This document shows, one piece after another, positions 12,981 to 27,034 of a stretch of 64,000 nucleotides of DNA. Position 1 is the first letter of the stretch. Each line of letters opens with the position of its first letter. Source of the stretch: Octopus sinensis. Its lineage: Eukaryota. Below the pieces are notes generated by a model. The model was given only the letters and a program-made list of their open reading frames with translations, did not search any database and was not told where the DNA came from. The stretch spans positions 62,806,001 through 62,870,000 of the forward strand of contig NC_043007.1 in assembly GCF_006345805.1 (NCBI RefSeq). Reading direction: 5' to 3'. A program made the translations under genes and the position numbers.

Positions 12981-13686
12981 GAGCCATGCACCTTCACAAT
13001 GTTGACTTACCTTTTAACCCTTTAGTGTTTAGATTACTCAGCCAAATGTAATGCAAAATCATTAAAATTGCTTTGAATTAATCATGCATTATTTCATAAT
13101 GATAAGATTTAAATGATGTGATTGTTTATTTTTACAATGACATTGTAAGGTAGATGTGAGAGGCTAGATATGACCAGTGTGAACATAAAACAGGTAAAAT
13201 ATTCAGGCTGGATATGGCTGGATATGCTAAAGTGTTAATGTTGGCTTACCAATAGAAGAACTGACAGTTTATGCACACTCACTAATACTACATTGCATCC
13301 TTGACAACTAGTTTTAAATCTCAAGGGAGCAGCCACTTACCTACAAAACAGGTTGTTTTTATCCTCCATCAACCCTAATCAAGCATACCTTTAATCAATA
13401 AAATTCCAGCTGTAACCATTTGACTATTTTGTTAATCTGTGATTACATGATCTAATGTCTACTTTAATTTGTAGATGTGGTTGCTATATCTAGCAGGTCA
13501 AGCATCCACATAGAGAGACTTTCAGCATATGAGTTAATACAGCAACTGAGAAGTAATTTGTTAGCTTGCAATGCTGAGTCCAAATCTTTTCTGAGTCATG
13601 TGGAATAAAACAATGGCTAAATCAATCCAGTATATTCTCAATGCAGTCACTACATGAATGTGTTTCGATGGGTAACAAGAATTTAC

Positions 13687-13738
13687 CTTTTTCAGTGGAA
13701 ATAATTGAAATGATTTTACTGGATCATATCTGATAAAA
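13687..13738 (-). other. Candidate exon of unknown gene (FIRYDPVKSFQLFPLKK)
   Basis: Long pyrimidine tract plus ctccag acceptor, AAG|gtaaat donor, one open frame. No recognised homology. Confidence 0.25.
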
Positions 13739-13827
13739 CTGGAGAAAGGTATATTACAAAGGAAGAGGGGAGAGGAGAAAAAAAAGAAGCAGAAATAATA
13801 TGACAATAATGATAAAATGATGGAATC

Positions 13828-14491
13828 TTTATTTTGTGGTTGCATGATACAAAACAATCATTCAATCATCCTTTTGAGAATTGATTCATGTTGCAGAAGA
13901 GGAAAACAATTGATGAAATGATTTTCTCATTCCAGAATGTTTTTAAAATATCATGTCTTTTTTTTTTTAAATAAGGAAAAGTTTAACAAACTGATTATTT
14001 TCAGGTAATATACCATCAGTATTTTTTATTACCATTATTTATGATTTTTTTTTTTACCACAATTTTAGTTTAGTTGCTGGATGCAAATCTGGTTAAAGTA
14101 TAAGGACAGAATTGTAAATGGAAGAAAAATTTTATATATAAAAAAAATTAATTTTTACATATAAAAATTATTGCAGAATAGCTTCAGAATTTTAACTTAT
14201 TTGCTTCATTTTCTTTTACTTTGTTTCATTTTTGGTTTTCAACACTTGTTGAAGATGAAAATGTTTTCATGATTGTGAAAAGACTAGATAATTTCCAAAT
14301 GAAAATATTTTTGAATAACTACAAAAAAAAATTATAACATAAAGAAAGGGAAAGAAAAGTAAATGCTTAAAAAAAAAAAAGAAAATATCTCCTTGACACC
14401 TCTCCCAGAGCACCCATTAAAAAAGTTGCTTCTTTGCAATTTGTACAAATCAAGATCTCAAAACAAAGGCAGCATGGTTCCTTTATAGCAG
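13828..14491 (-). other. Probable SRP9 3' UTR with candidate AATAAA polyadenylation signals (14030-14025, 13833-13828)
   Basis: TE-free AT-rich stretch directly after the stop codon, with two minus-strand AATAAA hexamers. The actual 3' end cannot be determined. Confidence 0.5.
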
Positions 14492-14590
14492 CTATTTTCC
14501 TTCTTTTAAAGCCATATGCCTCATTAATTGATTTGTTAATTTCTCCAGTCTCTTTATGTCCTGAGCATGTTCTGTTTTATATTGTACACA
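14492..14590 (-). CDS. SRP9: Signal recognition particle 9 kDa protein, last coding exon
   Basis: Acceptor tttttttcag, then CVQYKTEHAQDIKRLEKLTNQLMRHMALKEGK*. In frame with the 24040-23972 exon and matches the SRP9 C-terminus (C.QYKT..AQD.K..EK..SQLMR.M). Confidence 0.95.
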   Translation of the reverse strand, partial: CVQYKTEHAQDIKRLEKLTNQLMRHMALKEGK

Positions 14591-17329
14591 CTGAAAAAAA
14601 AAAGAAAAAGATTGGTGATTAGTATGGAGGCAAAGGAAAATTGGGCAATAATGAAATCTGTATCTTCTAAGATATACTTAATAAATTAGAGGAAAAATAT
14701 GCCCAATGACAAAAGGAAAAATATAAAAGTATTTATAGAGCAAAATTGAACACTTAAGTCATAACAAATATGATACAGGAAGTAAGCTGTTGTTCAACGT
14801 AGTCAACAAATGTCCCATATGTGTAATTACTTCACTAACATTGGTAATGACCCCAAGAATGTTATGAAGTTCACAAAAAAAAAATCCTACTGGAAATTTG
14901 AAGCCTTATGGTGACATGTGAAAGGCACCCGTGCTGGTGACATATAAAAGGCACCCGTGCTAGAGACACGTTAAAAGGCACTTGTGCCAGTGACACATTA
15001 AAAGGCACCAGTGCCAGTAACACATAAAAGGCACTCATGCCAGGGGCATGTAAATGGCACCCAGTACATTCTTTGAAGTCATTAGCATTAGGAAGGGCAT
15101 CCAGCCATAGAAACCAAGCCAAAACAGACTGGAGCCCAGTGAAGCTCCCCAGCTTACCAGCTCCAATCAAACTGTTTTACCCATGCTAGCAGATCTATTC
15201 CAAATGCAAGACAAACATTTCTGAGTGAAGAATTCTAAAATACAGAAAAATCACTTATTTCTGAGATACATAACTGTTTGAGTAATATGACCTTTTCAGA
15301 AATGTAATCCTTCCTATTGTTGCATTTCATCTAATTACATTTCAAGTTTACAACAAGTGGACACTACTAAAGGTACCCATAAGGGAAGGTTGTAAAACTT
15401 TTAAAGAGAGGATAACTTGAGCACAGAAGTCTTAAGAGAGGCTGTGACTAGAACATCAGTGAGAACACAAAGTGCTAGAGGCATGAAATGCATTGCTGTG
15501 CACTTCTTTTTAAGGCTGGGTGTATCAACCACTTGAAGCCCTATGAAAAATCAGCTGTATGCAACATCCTCCCTCCTAAACCAGATGATTCAATGTATGT
15601 AGTGTGTTGGAAAGGTTCACATAGAATCATATCTCACAAAGTGACCCAATCAATCTAGTGGAAGTTACAACTTTTGTCTGTCACCTATGCTTCATTGGTA
15701 TGCAGAACTGCAGTGCGACTGCATAGTCATCTGACAGGTCATAGACAGAAGGTCAGAAATGCCATTGACAACAAGGAAGCTCAGAGAGATGGCAATCATC
15801 TGTGAAGATGGAACAATCAACACACATAAGTGAACTGAAGTGTAAAATCATTGAAATTGAGTTAAAGATATGTTTTATAAGTAGAAGTAGGACACCAATT
15901 CTACAAATGTACATTTTGAATGAACTCACTGATCAAATGCAGTGTTGGCAGTCATACAAAAGTTGACATTAATAGTTTGGACAGACCGTACTATTCAAAA
16001 GTAAAATATGTGAACAGCTACATGACTAAAGAAACAGGCAATTAAAGTGGATATATGAGATGTTTTTGCCTTTGATTTTCTTGAAAGAAAAACTTTTGGC
16101 ATTGGTGAAAAGGGTTGAATGGATTACAAATATAGATAATATATGACTCTTTTTTTCTGGAGAGATTTATCTCTCTGACTTTGTTTTGATTTGGATAATG
16201 TAGAGCACTTGTGAAATTAATAGTGACAGCTGTTTGTTTAGAAAACATCTTAGTGAGAAACTAAAACTGCTCTGTCACCCTTCCTTCACTGTCATCTGAA
16301 AATTTTATATGGGAATGTTATATCTGGTATATAGTTTCATCAATATAGTAAAGAAGAATCTAGTTCATCTCATAGGAAATACTATGTAATTTATAGTGTT
16401 TTCTATTAATACTCGCTGACTGACATTTCTTCAATGGTCAGCTCTCTGGTCTGATTCAACAGTGAAGTTATGAGAGATGTTATAGTGGAATATGAAACTG
16501 CTGTCATGAACAAATTCTTTCTTACACATACACATGCTGGTATATAGGTGCAAAACAAGTTGAAGAAAATAGCATTCAAATATCAAAGGTAGAGAAAAAT
16601 ATAGTATTATTCTATTGAAGCCAAAAATCTTTACAAACTGCTACTTAGAGTTTCATGTAGCCAATCAAGAGAAAAGATCTTTTGAAGCAATAGGATGGTT
16701 TATACATGCTTTTAAATGGTGCAAGTTATAATCAGTGGTATATACTCATAAAGACAGGAAGGCGTAGAATTTGATAAGATGGAGTACTCCACATTGATCC
16801 TTCAGTTATGTGTCATTCTTTGTTAATAACTGTTTCCTGTTGAAGTATTTCTTGGTATAGATATAAACTTTCTTTGTGACTAATTAACAGATGGCATATT
16901 CAATAGAATGTGAACTGATGCTGACTGATCCTGACTTAGTTGACACATGGTTAGAATGGTTTTTGCCTCCTCAAGAACAAAGAAATTGCATGATGGTCCA
17001 AAAGGGAGAACAGACACATATTTTATACTGAAAGCTGATATCACAACTATACTGAAGACATTGCTAATGGTTCATCTGAAAGAGCTGGGGGACATGTGCT
17101 CAGCAAAATACATATGATTATAATGAAGAATATGTGGCTTACAAAGAAACTGGTCATTGCTGAACACAAGTGTCAAGAATTGTCTGAGCCCATTGCAAAG
17201 TTTTTGCGCCATGTTTGTAACAACTTGATATTGTGAGTTTGATAACATTGGCCAAAGTGACCAAAGTATAAAAGAAGAATTAATATAAATGAGACTATTG
17301 AAGGCATTTACCAAACTTTCCATAAATCA

Positions 17330-18660
17330 AGACTACTGGAATAAGTACAGCTGAGAAACATGTCATTTGATACATGGGTGAACTCCATACAACAATAGAT
17401 GATTTCTAAGATATCACTACCAATAACAGCCCTTCTTGTTTCTTGAGATGGACAAGTATGTTACATGGCATGAAAACCACAAGTGCCATTTTCCAACATT
17501 CAATAAAAAAATGGAAGATGATATAAAAAAAATAATCTATCGGATTGAGACAAGTTTGGGTACAATATTGACGAAAAATCAAAACTGAAGACCATAATTA
17601 TGTTGGATTGCCTGAAAGATGCAGGTCTGATTTCATCCAGAGAATTATATACAAAGGAAACATTTTTTTTCTATTCTTTTTTCAAATGAAGATGTTTGCT
17701 TAGATTAATGTTCAGCTCAGAACATATTAGATGTTTCTCCACCCTCTGATAAGAAAGACCTTTTAAAGATTGGCAAATTTTTATGGTCAGTATTTGCTAA
17801 AACATTCAGAAATGATTAAACTGACTATGAATCTGAATAAGAAAAATGTTGAATTTGGTTAGACATATGTTCAGCAAAGGACATTTGAAATTCTAAAAAA
17901 ATATACTTGATGAGAATGTTGTTGGAGTATATTTGCTGCCAGTAATATATCACATTGACAATCAGAGCTAATGAACACACAATGTTTAGAATTTTATCAT
18001 GGGATGATCACCCAGTACTATATTTATCAACGAAGTTAACCACTGCTAATTATTCAAATATTGAGAGTGAAACTTTAGCAATTGTGTAGATCACAAATAG
18101 TACCTGGAAGTTCCTTGTATTGATTAAAGTGATTTCAAAAGGTCTATGGTCAAAACAAGAATGAATTTCCTATCAAGTAAAATATTTCAAAGATTTCAGA
18201 ATACTAAAGTGGGTCATATAGCTAACAGTATTTGATTTTTATATTACTTCTGTTAAAAAATCAGTGAGCTGGCAGAATTGTTTAACTAGGCAAGATTCTT
18301 TGCAGCATTTTGTCTGTCATTGCATTCTGGGTTCAAATTCCAATGTCAACTTTCAGGTTTGATAAAAAAAAGTACCAGTTGAAAACTAGGGTCAATGTAA
18401 CCAACTTATGTCCTCCCCCAAAACTGCTGACCTTGAGCCAAAATTTGAAACCGATATTACTTATGTTAAAGGAAAATCCATTCCTCATGTTGATGCACTC
18501 TCTCAACTAAACATTAGACAACTTCAGAACACTATTTCAAATAACGTTGATAACTTTATTCATCGGATAGGAACTGATGTCTTGATAGCTTAGCATCAAA
18601 AACACTGCATGATTCAGTATTAAGTAAAATATTTTTCAGAATTAAAAAAGTATCTGAGGT
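17330..18660 (+). mobile_element. Heavily decayed Ty3/Gypsy pol (RT-RNase H)
   Basis: Remnants HGMKTTSAIFQ (RT), HPVLYLSTKLTTANYSNIESETLAIV and DITYVKGKSIPHVDALSQL (Gypsy RNase H end motif F.I.Y.PG..N..ADALSR). The element may extend upstream to ~15350. Confidence 0.75.
18258..18453 (+). mobile_element. Meta/MESC-type SINE inserted into the Gypsy RNase H region
   Basis: SINE head and core, flanked by atattacttctgttaaa and atattacttatgttaaa (17-bp TSD, one mismatch). Confidence 0.8.
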
Positions 18661-19289
18661 AGAACAATACATGGAATTAAGTATTAAGTACCAAGAAGAG
18701 CAAAGAAGACATGGAAAGAAGTGATGAAGGATAATCTGAAGAAACTGAACTTCAGAAAGATGACAGGGGACTGCAACATTTAGTGAGTTGCTAAGTTGAA
18801 AAAAGTCCATGCAAACATGGAAAAAAATCGACAAAAAGCAATGATAGAGAGAAAAGTTGCTTTGAACTAATGACAAATAAATTAGAGCAAAGGATATATT
18901 GCTAAATCTTATTGTATTTGATTATTTGTCGCTTTATTTGTAGTGCACCAGTAACAATTTTTATTGTGAAGTTATTTATGCACTAAAGAACAAACACATA
19001 CTTTCATATTATTGAGCCACTGGCAAGTAACAACCACCAAAATTTGAGCATTTACAGAAATTGAAAATTCATAGAATTTTCTGAAGTTTAATGTTAGCTA
19101 TTAAATTATCATTAATATTGTCATGTTACAATAATTTCATATCACTATGCACAATTATTAATTTACATAGTGATCTGACTTTATGTCATTAAAATGTGAT
19201 TGTAATTGACTGGTGGAGCTTGTTTCTGTTTATTTAATATGTTTATTTTGAAAAAAAAAAGGCAAGACGATAATCTCTATTTTTAAAAG

Positions 19290-19840
19290 AGGAGAAAGAG
19301 TACTCTAATTATAGTGGGATGTACTTGTTGAGCCTCTCTGATAAAGACTACACTAGGTGTCTCATAAACAAATGTAGGGAAACTGTCAAGCCCAAGCTAA
19401 CTGAAGAACAGTGTGGCTTCCATCCTGGATGCAGCACAACTGACAAGATATTAACTCAATGGCAAGTCTTTGAGAAAGTGGGAATATCATTTTGTAGACC
19501 TCAAAAAGGCATACAACCATATGCTGCAGGAATGCTATGGAGGGTTTTGCAGGAGTATGGGATAAATAGACAACTTTTGGTTGCTGTGAAGTCCGTATAC
19601 AAATATCCAAATGTTTGTGTTCAAGTCAATGGTACTATGTCGAAACCTTTCAATATGGGTGTTGACCTTTCCTTTTCATAATTTTTATGAAGTGGATTGA
19701 CATACACAACCATTGTCAAAGTGGTATCACAGTTGGTGGACAAAGGGTTGGTCAGTTGATATTTGCAGACAATATGATGCTATTGGGTTCATCAGATGGT
19801 GAGCACTAGTATGCACTGAATGGGCTCACTGCCAAGTGAA
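19290..19840 (+). mobile_element. RTE-clade LINE reverse transcriptase fragment
   Basis: LTEEQCGFHPGCSTTDKI, LWRVLQEYGI and LIFADNM remnants. Confidence 0.8.
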
Positions 19841-20103
19841 AAAAGTTGCTTTTGATAGGATCCTAAGGGGGAGGTGTCTGAAGACCCTTCCTCCATGATC
19901 TTCCTGGGAATAGTGGGTAGAGAAGATGGGTAGATGTATAAGCAAATCAATAGTGGTTTGGATTATGACTCAAAAGTTTGACAGTTCATATTCTGTCATT
20001 TTCTGCATGAGGAGAATTCTAAAAATAGTCAATAATCCACCCAGTTATTACTAGTAAATCTGACATTTCAGTTCAATTTTGTCTGGGTATAGCCTGGAGA
20101 TAA

Positions 20104-20372
20104 GTGAGTTCAACCAACATGAAGATAATGTGTCTACAGAACCTAATGGGCAGCTGAAGACCTGGGCTACGACGATCAAGGAGGACCTCTCCGTGCTCAC
20201 AGGTCTGTGGGTGGTCGGCCTGCACTGATGAAACCGTGACTGGCTCGCTATCTCCAGTGAACTGGCGCTGGATCGTTGTGCGTGGGCTGCCATGGTTCGA
20301 GATGCCTCGAGGGTGGTAGAAGAAGCCGATTCAACCCGCCCAGGGTGAATGTTGCCACAAGTACAAGTAAGT
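20104..20372 (+). mobile_element. RTE LINE 3' end fragment (second family)
   Basis: RPNGQLKTWATTIKEDL...DWLAISSELALDRCAWAAMV followed by tail caagtacaagtaagt. Confidence 0.7.
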
Positions 20373-22124
20373 CACCATACTTATTGGTCTCTACTGTTGC
20401 TGCTCTGGAGACAAAAAAGTTACTTCATCTTCCAAGCTCATTATCTATATCATTGTCTATCTTGATTTTCAGTAGTGCATGCTACTTTATGACAGTGAAA
20501 CTTGGCCAATGACAAAGATTTTTCTCCACAACATACCAGTAGTTCATTACCACTGCATATTTAGGCTACTGGATATTCTATATGCAGGATATAAACTCAA
20601 TGTTGAAATACAAAGAAGAGCAAAATGGAAGTTGACAAGTTTTGTATAATATAAGAAGCTGAAAATGTCAGAAACAGTCGTTACATGTGTTTGTAGTTCT
20701 AAAAGTATTTGTCATATAGATGACTGCAGAGAAAAAGAAAACAAGATGGACTGACCACATCTTGGTTACCTTACATTTAAAATAGATTACATAATGGTAA
20801 GCTTTCAGTATAGAATCATCAGTCTGGCTGTGTGTGCTTAAAAGCATTAAGTGGTGAATGAATGAAAATGAATACATTCAGGTGTTGGAGTACAACTGTT
20901 TCCACAGCTTTCATAATATGTAAAGCTCCATAATCTACTACCAAGTTATCAACTGTTTAATTTATTTACAGCAATATCACACAAAGAATTAGGCTAAATG
21001 AGCATAATGTTCAATATCATCAAGCATTACAATCTAATCGTTAATAATTAATCTTCATGTAGAGAAACATCGCACTATTTCAAAATACAATTGCTATTAT
21101 TTCTAGAGTTTATTCATTTGCTCACATGCTTGGCAAGAGATCTAGTTGAGTTTATGTGTTGAAACAGTGCTGCAAATTATTAAAGGACTAGGGACAGTTT
21201 AATTGCATCATCATCAGCATCATTTTAACAGCCACTATTTCATGCTTGCATGAGTAGGATAGAAATCGCCAAGGCAGATCTGCTACAGTTATATGCCCTT
21301 CCTGTTGCCAAATCTCCCCTGTTACACTTGCTCAAGATGTCATGCAGTGAAACATGAATCTCAAACCATATAGTTGGGAAGAAAACTTCTTAACCACACA
21401 GCTATGCCTGTGCATTATTATAGGTACAGGAGTTTGAATGAATAGGTCACCAATGTAATACAATGTAAAACTTTGATACAACTGATTATTAAAAAGGAAT
21501 ATGATGTGACTAACAATTGTGTTTAGAGACCAAAATGACTAACAATATTCAATATTTTGGGGTTTAATTATATGCACATTACTTATTTTCAATGAATTTT
21601 TATTAACAATATCATATACTTCAATCAACACTTAAAACTAGGACTAAGCTTAAAGGTTGTTTAAATGTGCATATGTTTATGGTTGGGAAAGTATGAGTCT
21701 TGTGGGAGTGGTTGTCATAATACATTGTTATCCAAGACTAGGTTGATAGCAATAAAAGTGTGATTTCTAAAGTTAATGTTTCACAACTGCCACAGATTAG
21801 CAATGTTACATATTGTAAGCATTATGTACCCAACACGTTGTAAACATTATGTCCTACCAATAGCAACAATAAAAATGAAATTTAAAATATGAGAACTGTT
21901 ATAGAACAACTGCAACAATATCCTGAATGAGAATAATGAAGTTTTCTTTGCCTTTTAAAGTCTGTGATATGACCCACAAAGTTTAACATTCCAAAGAGTG
22001 TATCCTAGTTTGGTGATATCTTTTTATTCATGCATGAAAGGGTTATAGGCTTATCCCTTCAGATGATATAGTAAAGAGGAATGTAAACAATTTCATCTGG
22101 ATGAAGTTTGGCACTAGAGAGTTG

Positions 22125-22175
<51 letters not shown>

Positions 22176-22870
22176 TTAGGATGTAAGAAAAAAACCCTAG
22201 AACAAAACAAAAATAAAAATTAAAGTAGGTGCTGACAATTTTTTGTCTTTATGAGTAAGATAAGAGATGATGGGTTGGGTGTAAAGGAAAGCAAAAGTAA
22301 AGATATTTAGATGTTTGCTGATAACTAAAATCAAACTCCATCGCTAGACACATCTGTTTCAAAGCAGAGAAGGCACTAGAAATAGGTACTTTGGGTATAA
22401 GCCCTAGAAGCAGCAGCAGTGACTTAGGAAAGGAACAATAACAACTAAAGATATTAATGCAAATGCCTCCATCTCTATCATCGCCACCACCAACACCACA
22501 ACCATTTTTGTTCATTAAAAGAAGCTGAGTGTAATGTTCCTTAATCAGAGAATATGGAAGAAGTTAACCATTTATGAATAACTGGTTATTAATGATATGA
22601 TATGTTAGAGATAAGATAAAGTTTTAAAACTGTAACTTTACTGGAGAATTAAATTGAAAACTATTCAATGTATTCATTAAAAAATTAACAAAATAAATAA
22701 ATCAATAAAAATCTAATATATGCCAAAAACAAACAATAACAGAGCTGATTCAGTTTTCTAGTTTAGGCTTAATAGAAAGGTAGATGATGATAATGATGAT
22801 GTAGGCAATGAAACCAAACTACTGTTACATCATTTCTTCCTTCCTGTTGTGAATATAAACGGGATGGTTT

Positions 22871-23265
22871 CTCTTTTATCTTTTACTTGCTTCAGTCATT
22901 AGACTGCAGCCATGCTGGGGCACCACCTTGAAATTTTAGTTGAATGAATCAACCTCAGTATTTATTATTTTTTTTTGTTTGTTTTATGTTTGATACTTAC
23001 TCTAGCAGTCACTTTTGACGAACCAGTCACAAGGAAGTAAACACACCAACACTGGTTGTCAAGTGGTGGTGAGGGACAAACACAGACACAAAGATATATA
23101 TATATATAACAAGCTTCTTTCAACTTCCATCTACCAAATCCACTCACAAGGCTTTGGTCAGCTTGAGGCTATAGTAGAAGACACTTTCCCAAGGTGTTAC
23201 GCAGTTAGACTGAACCTGGAACGATGTGATTGGGAAGCAAACTTTTTACCACACGCCTATACCTA
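22871..23265 (-). mobile_element. tRNA-derived SINE, reverse orientation
   Basis: Reverse complement of the 6517-6912 family (ttttacttgcttcagtcattagactgcagccatgctggggcacc; ccaaatccactcacaaggc). Confidence 0.8.
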
Positions 23266-23971
23266 TAGAAAGGCACATCCTCATGATATGCTACTGATCT
23301 GACTATACTTATTCAACCTTGTGATCTGCTAGTTGAACAGAACTAAACAGTCACTCCCGTCACCTTGAGCAGGTAAAGGACAGAGTTAACTTGCAGTATA
23401 CTTCCTAGCTAAGCTGTTGCCTTCATCTACAACTTATTTGGCTTTCATACCAGAGAAGAAATGACAGGATGTTATGGCATTCAGACCGCTCTCACTTTGC
23501 AACAATAGGGATCTATTTCACAGACACAATGACATTTGTTGACAGGGAAGAGCGTAATCAATATTTTCAAAACCTGAGAATAACAATGGTAATTATTTCT
23601 AACGTAGGTACAAGGTCACAAACATTTTCTTTTTGGGAGGAAGAACAATTTCAGGAATCAACCCAATACTTTACTGGTATTTATTTTATTTGCTTCAGAA
23701 GGATGAAAGGCAAAGTCAGCCTTGGTGGAAAACAAAGAGGGATAATATAATACTGTAAGGTATTTCGTTCCTTCTTGTATTGATCATGCCGGCTATGTTC
23801 CTTGGATAATGATGATGATGATGTGGAGGAAGAAGCGAATACATGAATCAACAAATACAAAAGAAAAAAAGAAACAATAAGAGCATTAAAAAAATGATGG
23901 AAATGACTCTGAGAGAGAAAATAACCAAGTATTGAATTGAGTAAAGTAGGTAGCAACAAAATGAATATTAC

Positions 23972-24040
23972 CACTGAGTCATCTGTTAGCTTCACCTTTA
24001 AAACACCATCGCAATGACGATATTTTATGACGAATCGACA
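23972..24040 (-). CDS. SRP9: Signal recognition particle 9 kDa protein, internal coding exon (69 nt, phase 0/0)
   Basis: Translates to CRFVIKYRHCDGVLKVKLTDDSV, the SRP9 KYRHCDG..K.TDD core. Flanked by ccatttcag acceptor and GTG|gtaata donor. Confidence 0.95.
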
Positions 24041-24599
24041 CTGAAATGGATAGAAAACAAAAATCAAGATAAATATAAAAGTAATTCATAATAAGAGTAG
24101 GAGGAGGTGAATTAAAAGACTGAATGGAGTAAGACTATCAGTGACAGAATATATAGCTAGAATACACCAACTATGTTTTAGCTGACATTAGAAGATAAAA
24201 GGTTTGTCTTTGACATCACCGTGTGTGTGTGTGTGTGTGTGTGCATGTGTGTGTGTGCGTGCATGTGTGTGTAGACCTGATAACTAGATCTAATGCATAT
24301 GGTAAAGAGTAGAGAATTTTAAGGTTATCTAGTTTGGCACTACATTTTTCAAGTTCAAACTCTACAAGAGAACAGTGTGTCAGTTCCATATTTTGGTCAG
24401 AGGGGCAACATTGAAGACAGTCACTTCACACAGTGTACCTAACTTATTGCTGATACATTGTATGAATACTGTGAGCTACACTAGGTTGAATGAGATTAAA
24501 AATTACAATTTTAGCAAAAACTTTTGCCTGCTAATCTGACACCCTTCGTCTTAGTCAGCAACAACTCTTATATGTGCGTGTTTGTGTGTGCATGGACAC

Positions 24600-25330
24600 A
24601 TGTAGGAAATGGCCATGCTCAATATGCAGAAAAAAGAAGAGGTTGAAATTCTATAGTGTACCCAGTGTAAACAATGGACACATAAGAGGTGTAGTAGTAT
24701 CACACAGGTAGGCTAATGGAGAAGAAAGATTTTATATGCAACAGATGTGTAAGTGTAGTAAGTGTTAAGATCAGTAATATAGATTTTCAAAAAGTTGATA
24801 ACTTTTGTTACTTTGGTGACCTAATTAGCTGTGAAAGTGAGAGTTTCAAAAGTATAGTAACCAGATTAAAAATGGTTTTGACAATTTAAGGCTCTATTGC
24901 CTCTGTAGATAACAAAAGGTTTTTCTTTCAAAGTTCAGTGCAGATTATATTATGCTTGTGTACAGAATGCGATGTTGCATGATATTGAGGCCTTGTTGCA
25001 AGGACTAGAAAGAAATGAAGCAAACATGATTTGTTGGATATATGATAGTAGTGTTCAAGGACAATGGAGCACAAACAAGTAGAGATAAAAACCAGATGTA
25101 TGAGGAATCAGGTGTAATGTGCAAGAAAAAAAACTGCATTGATACAGGTGTATGATGTGTATGCAGGATGATATAAAACAGCGCTGAGCAATCAAAGTGG
25201 ATGGAATCTGTGGAAGAGAGGAACCTAGAAAGATATGGAACAAAGTAATCTGAGAATGCTGAGCCTCACAAAAAAATGTCAAAAGACCATGGCAATTGGC
25301 AACACATGGTGCAAGAGAAGACCTACTCAA
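24600..25330 (+). mobile_element. Old decayed RTE LINE 3' fragment
   Basis: Diverged homolog of 47620-48400 (FCYFGD, LERNEANMICW, GRGEPRKIW remnants). Confidence 0.7.
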
Positions 25331-26903
25331 CTATGCAAGCAAAGCAAAACAATATAATAAAATAAAAATAAAAAAGGAGGTAGAAAAATATACAGATCTA
25401 CATTTGGGTTACTTGCCTAATATATTCCTGTTAACCTTCCATCAACTGTCCCCACACTTATTTGGTATCCTCTCATCTCTTCATCACAAACATTCTTTCC
25501 TAGTTACTGTATCATATTGCCTGTGTAACAAGGAATGACAGTAAATCTCTCCTTTCCACACTACCATTTTGTCCATGTAACTAGGGACTACACTGGACCT
25601 GTCCAGCCTTTGCATCTCTCTGACACTCAACCCTCTTACTTATTCATTGCACCATGTTGCCACTCATATATAAAGGAAACATCAACCTATTTTACATCTG
25701 ACACACTCAGCCATCACCTTTTCTGTGTTCACAACCATCAAATCCTCTACTTTAGGTAATTTTTTTTATTGACATCTATCACTCTCTCACAGCAGCAAGC
25801 ATGTAGCTGCTACCATTGCCTCTCTTCCATTACTCCCTCTAATACTATCATTCATACATTACTCTCCCTTCAGTCATTCGCTCATACAAGTAACTTGTTT
25901 CTCCCTTTTGCCATCAATCTCTCTTCTACTTACCCTTTTGGTTCACTGCCTTGAACAGGGAGAATCTTCATAGGATGGTGGGGGTTCTTTAGCACTGTGG
26001 GGCATAAGGTAATCTCACTAGTACTGGTTCCATTATAAAATAATACACTCTCTAAAGTAGTACATGAATCATCATCATCGTTTAAAATCTGTTGTCCATG
26101 CTAGCATGGGTTGGACGGTGCACCAAACTCCAGTCTGATTTGGCATGGTTTCTATAGCCAGATGCCCTTTATAATGCCAACTACTTTACAGAGAGCAGAG
26201 AAAATGCAGGTGGTTTCTCTCATCTGGCTGGAGAGATATTTTTAGTATTGATGATATAAAATGCACATGTTACATTCTGTATGGTGGTTAGTGTTAGGAA
26301 AGGTATCCAACTGTAGAAATCATGTCAAAAGTGGAACATATAAATGAGATTTAGTCCTTCAACCCATCTAGGAGGAAATAACTCCAAATAAAAATTAATT
26401 GAAACTGCACCAAACCACCCAATCTACCATATCATGAAAAGTAGTCATAATATAATGACTTTCTATGCTTGCAATGGGTTAGATGTATCTTCCCTTGCAA
26501 AAAAAAAAGCTATGTGTTCAGATCTTTTGTGATCTTTATGAGATTCAAGCTGCTGAGATCAGCTTTTCCCACTTGCTTTTTCCATTGTTTTCCTCTCATG
26601 CTGGTTCCTTCCATTTGGGTCACTCAGCACTTCTTTACCTAATGATCCTTTTTCATATGCATCAGATATTTGAGTTGACTCCGTCTTCTCTCTTGAAAAC
26701 TACAGTTGATTCTTCTTATACCCAGTTTTTATTTCAGCTCATCTGTGCTCCACTGTCCATGCACACTAATAGTACACAAAATATGCTCATCATATTTTTT
26801 TTTCAGCTTTCGTACATCCTCCACATTTTATGTCCCATAATTTGCTATCATACAATATTACATTTCATACACAAACATCATACCCTTTACTTGGAGAGAG
26901 AAA

Positions 26904-27034
<131 letters not shown>

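Noticed and set aside
20685-20723. Minus-strand exon-like segment (ttttctctgcag ... gtaacg) inside the SRP9 intron
   Set aside because: It has a stop in the SRP9 frame, a weak donor and no homology. At most a cryptic or poison exon.
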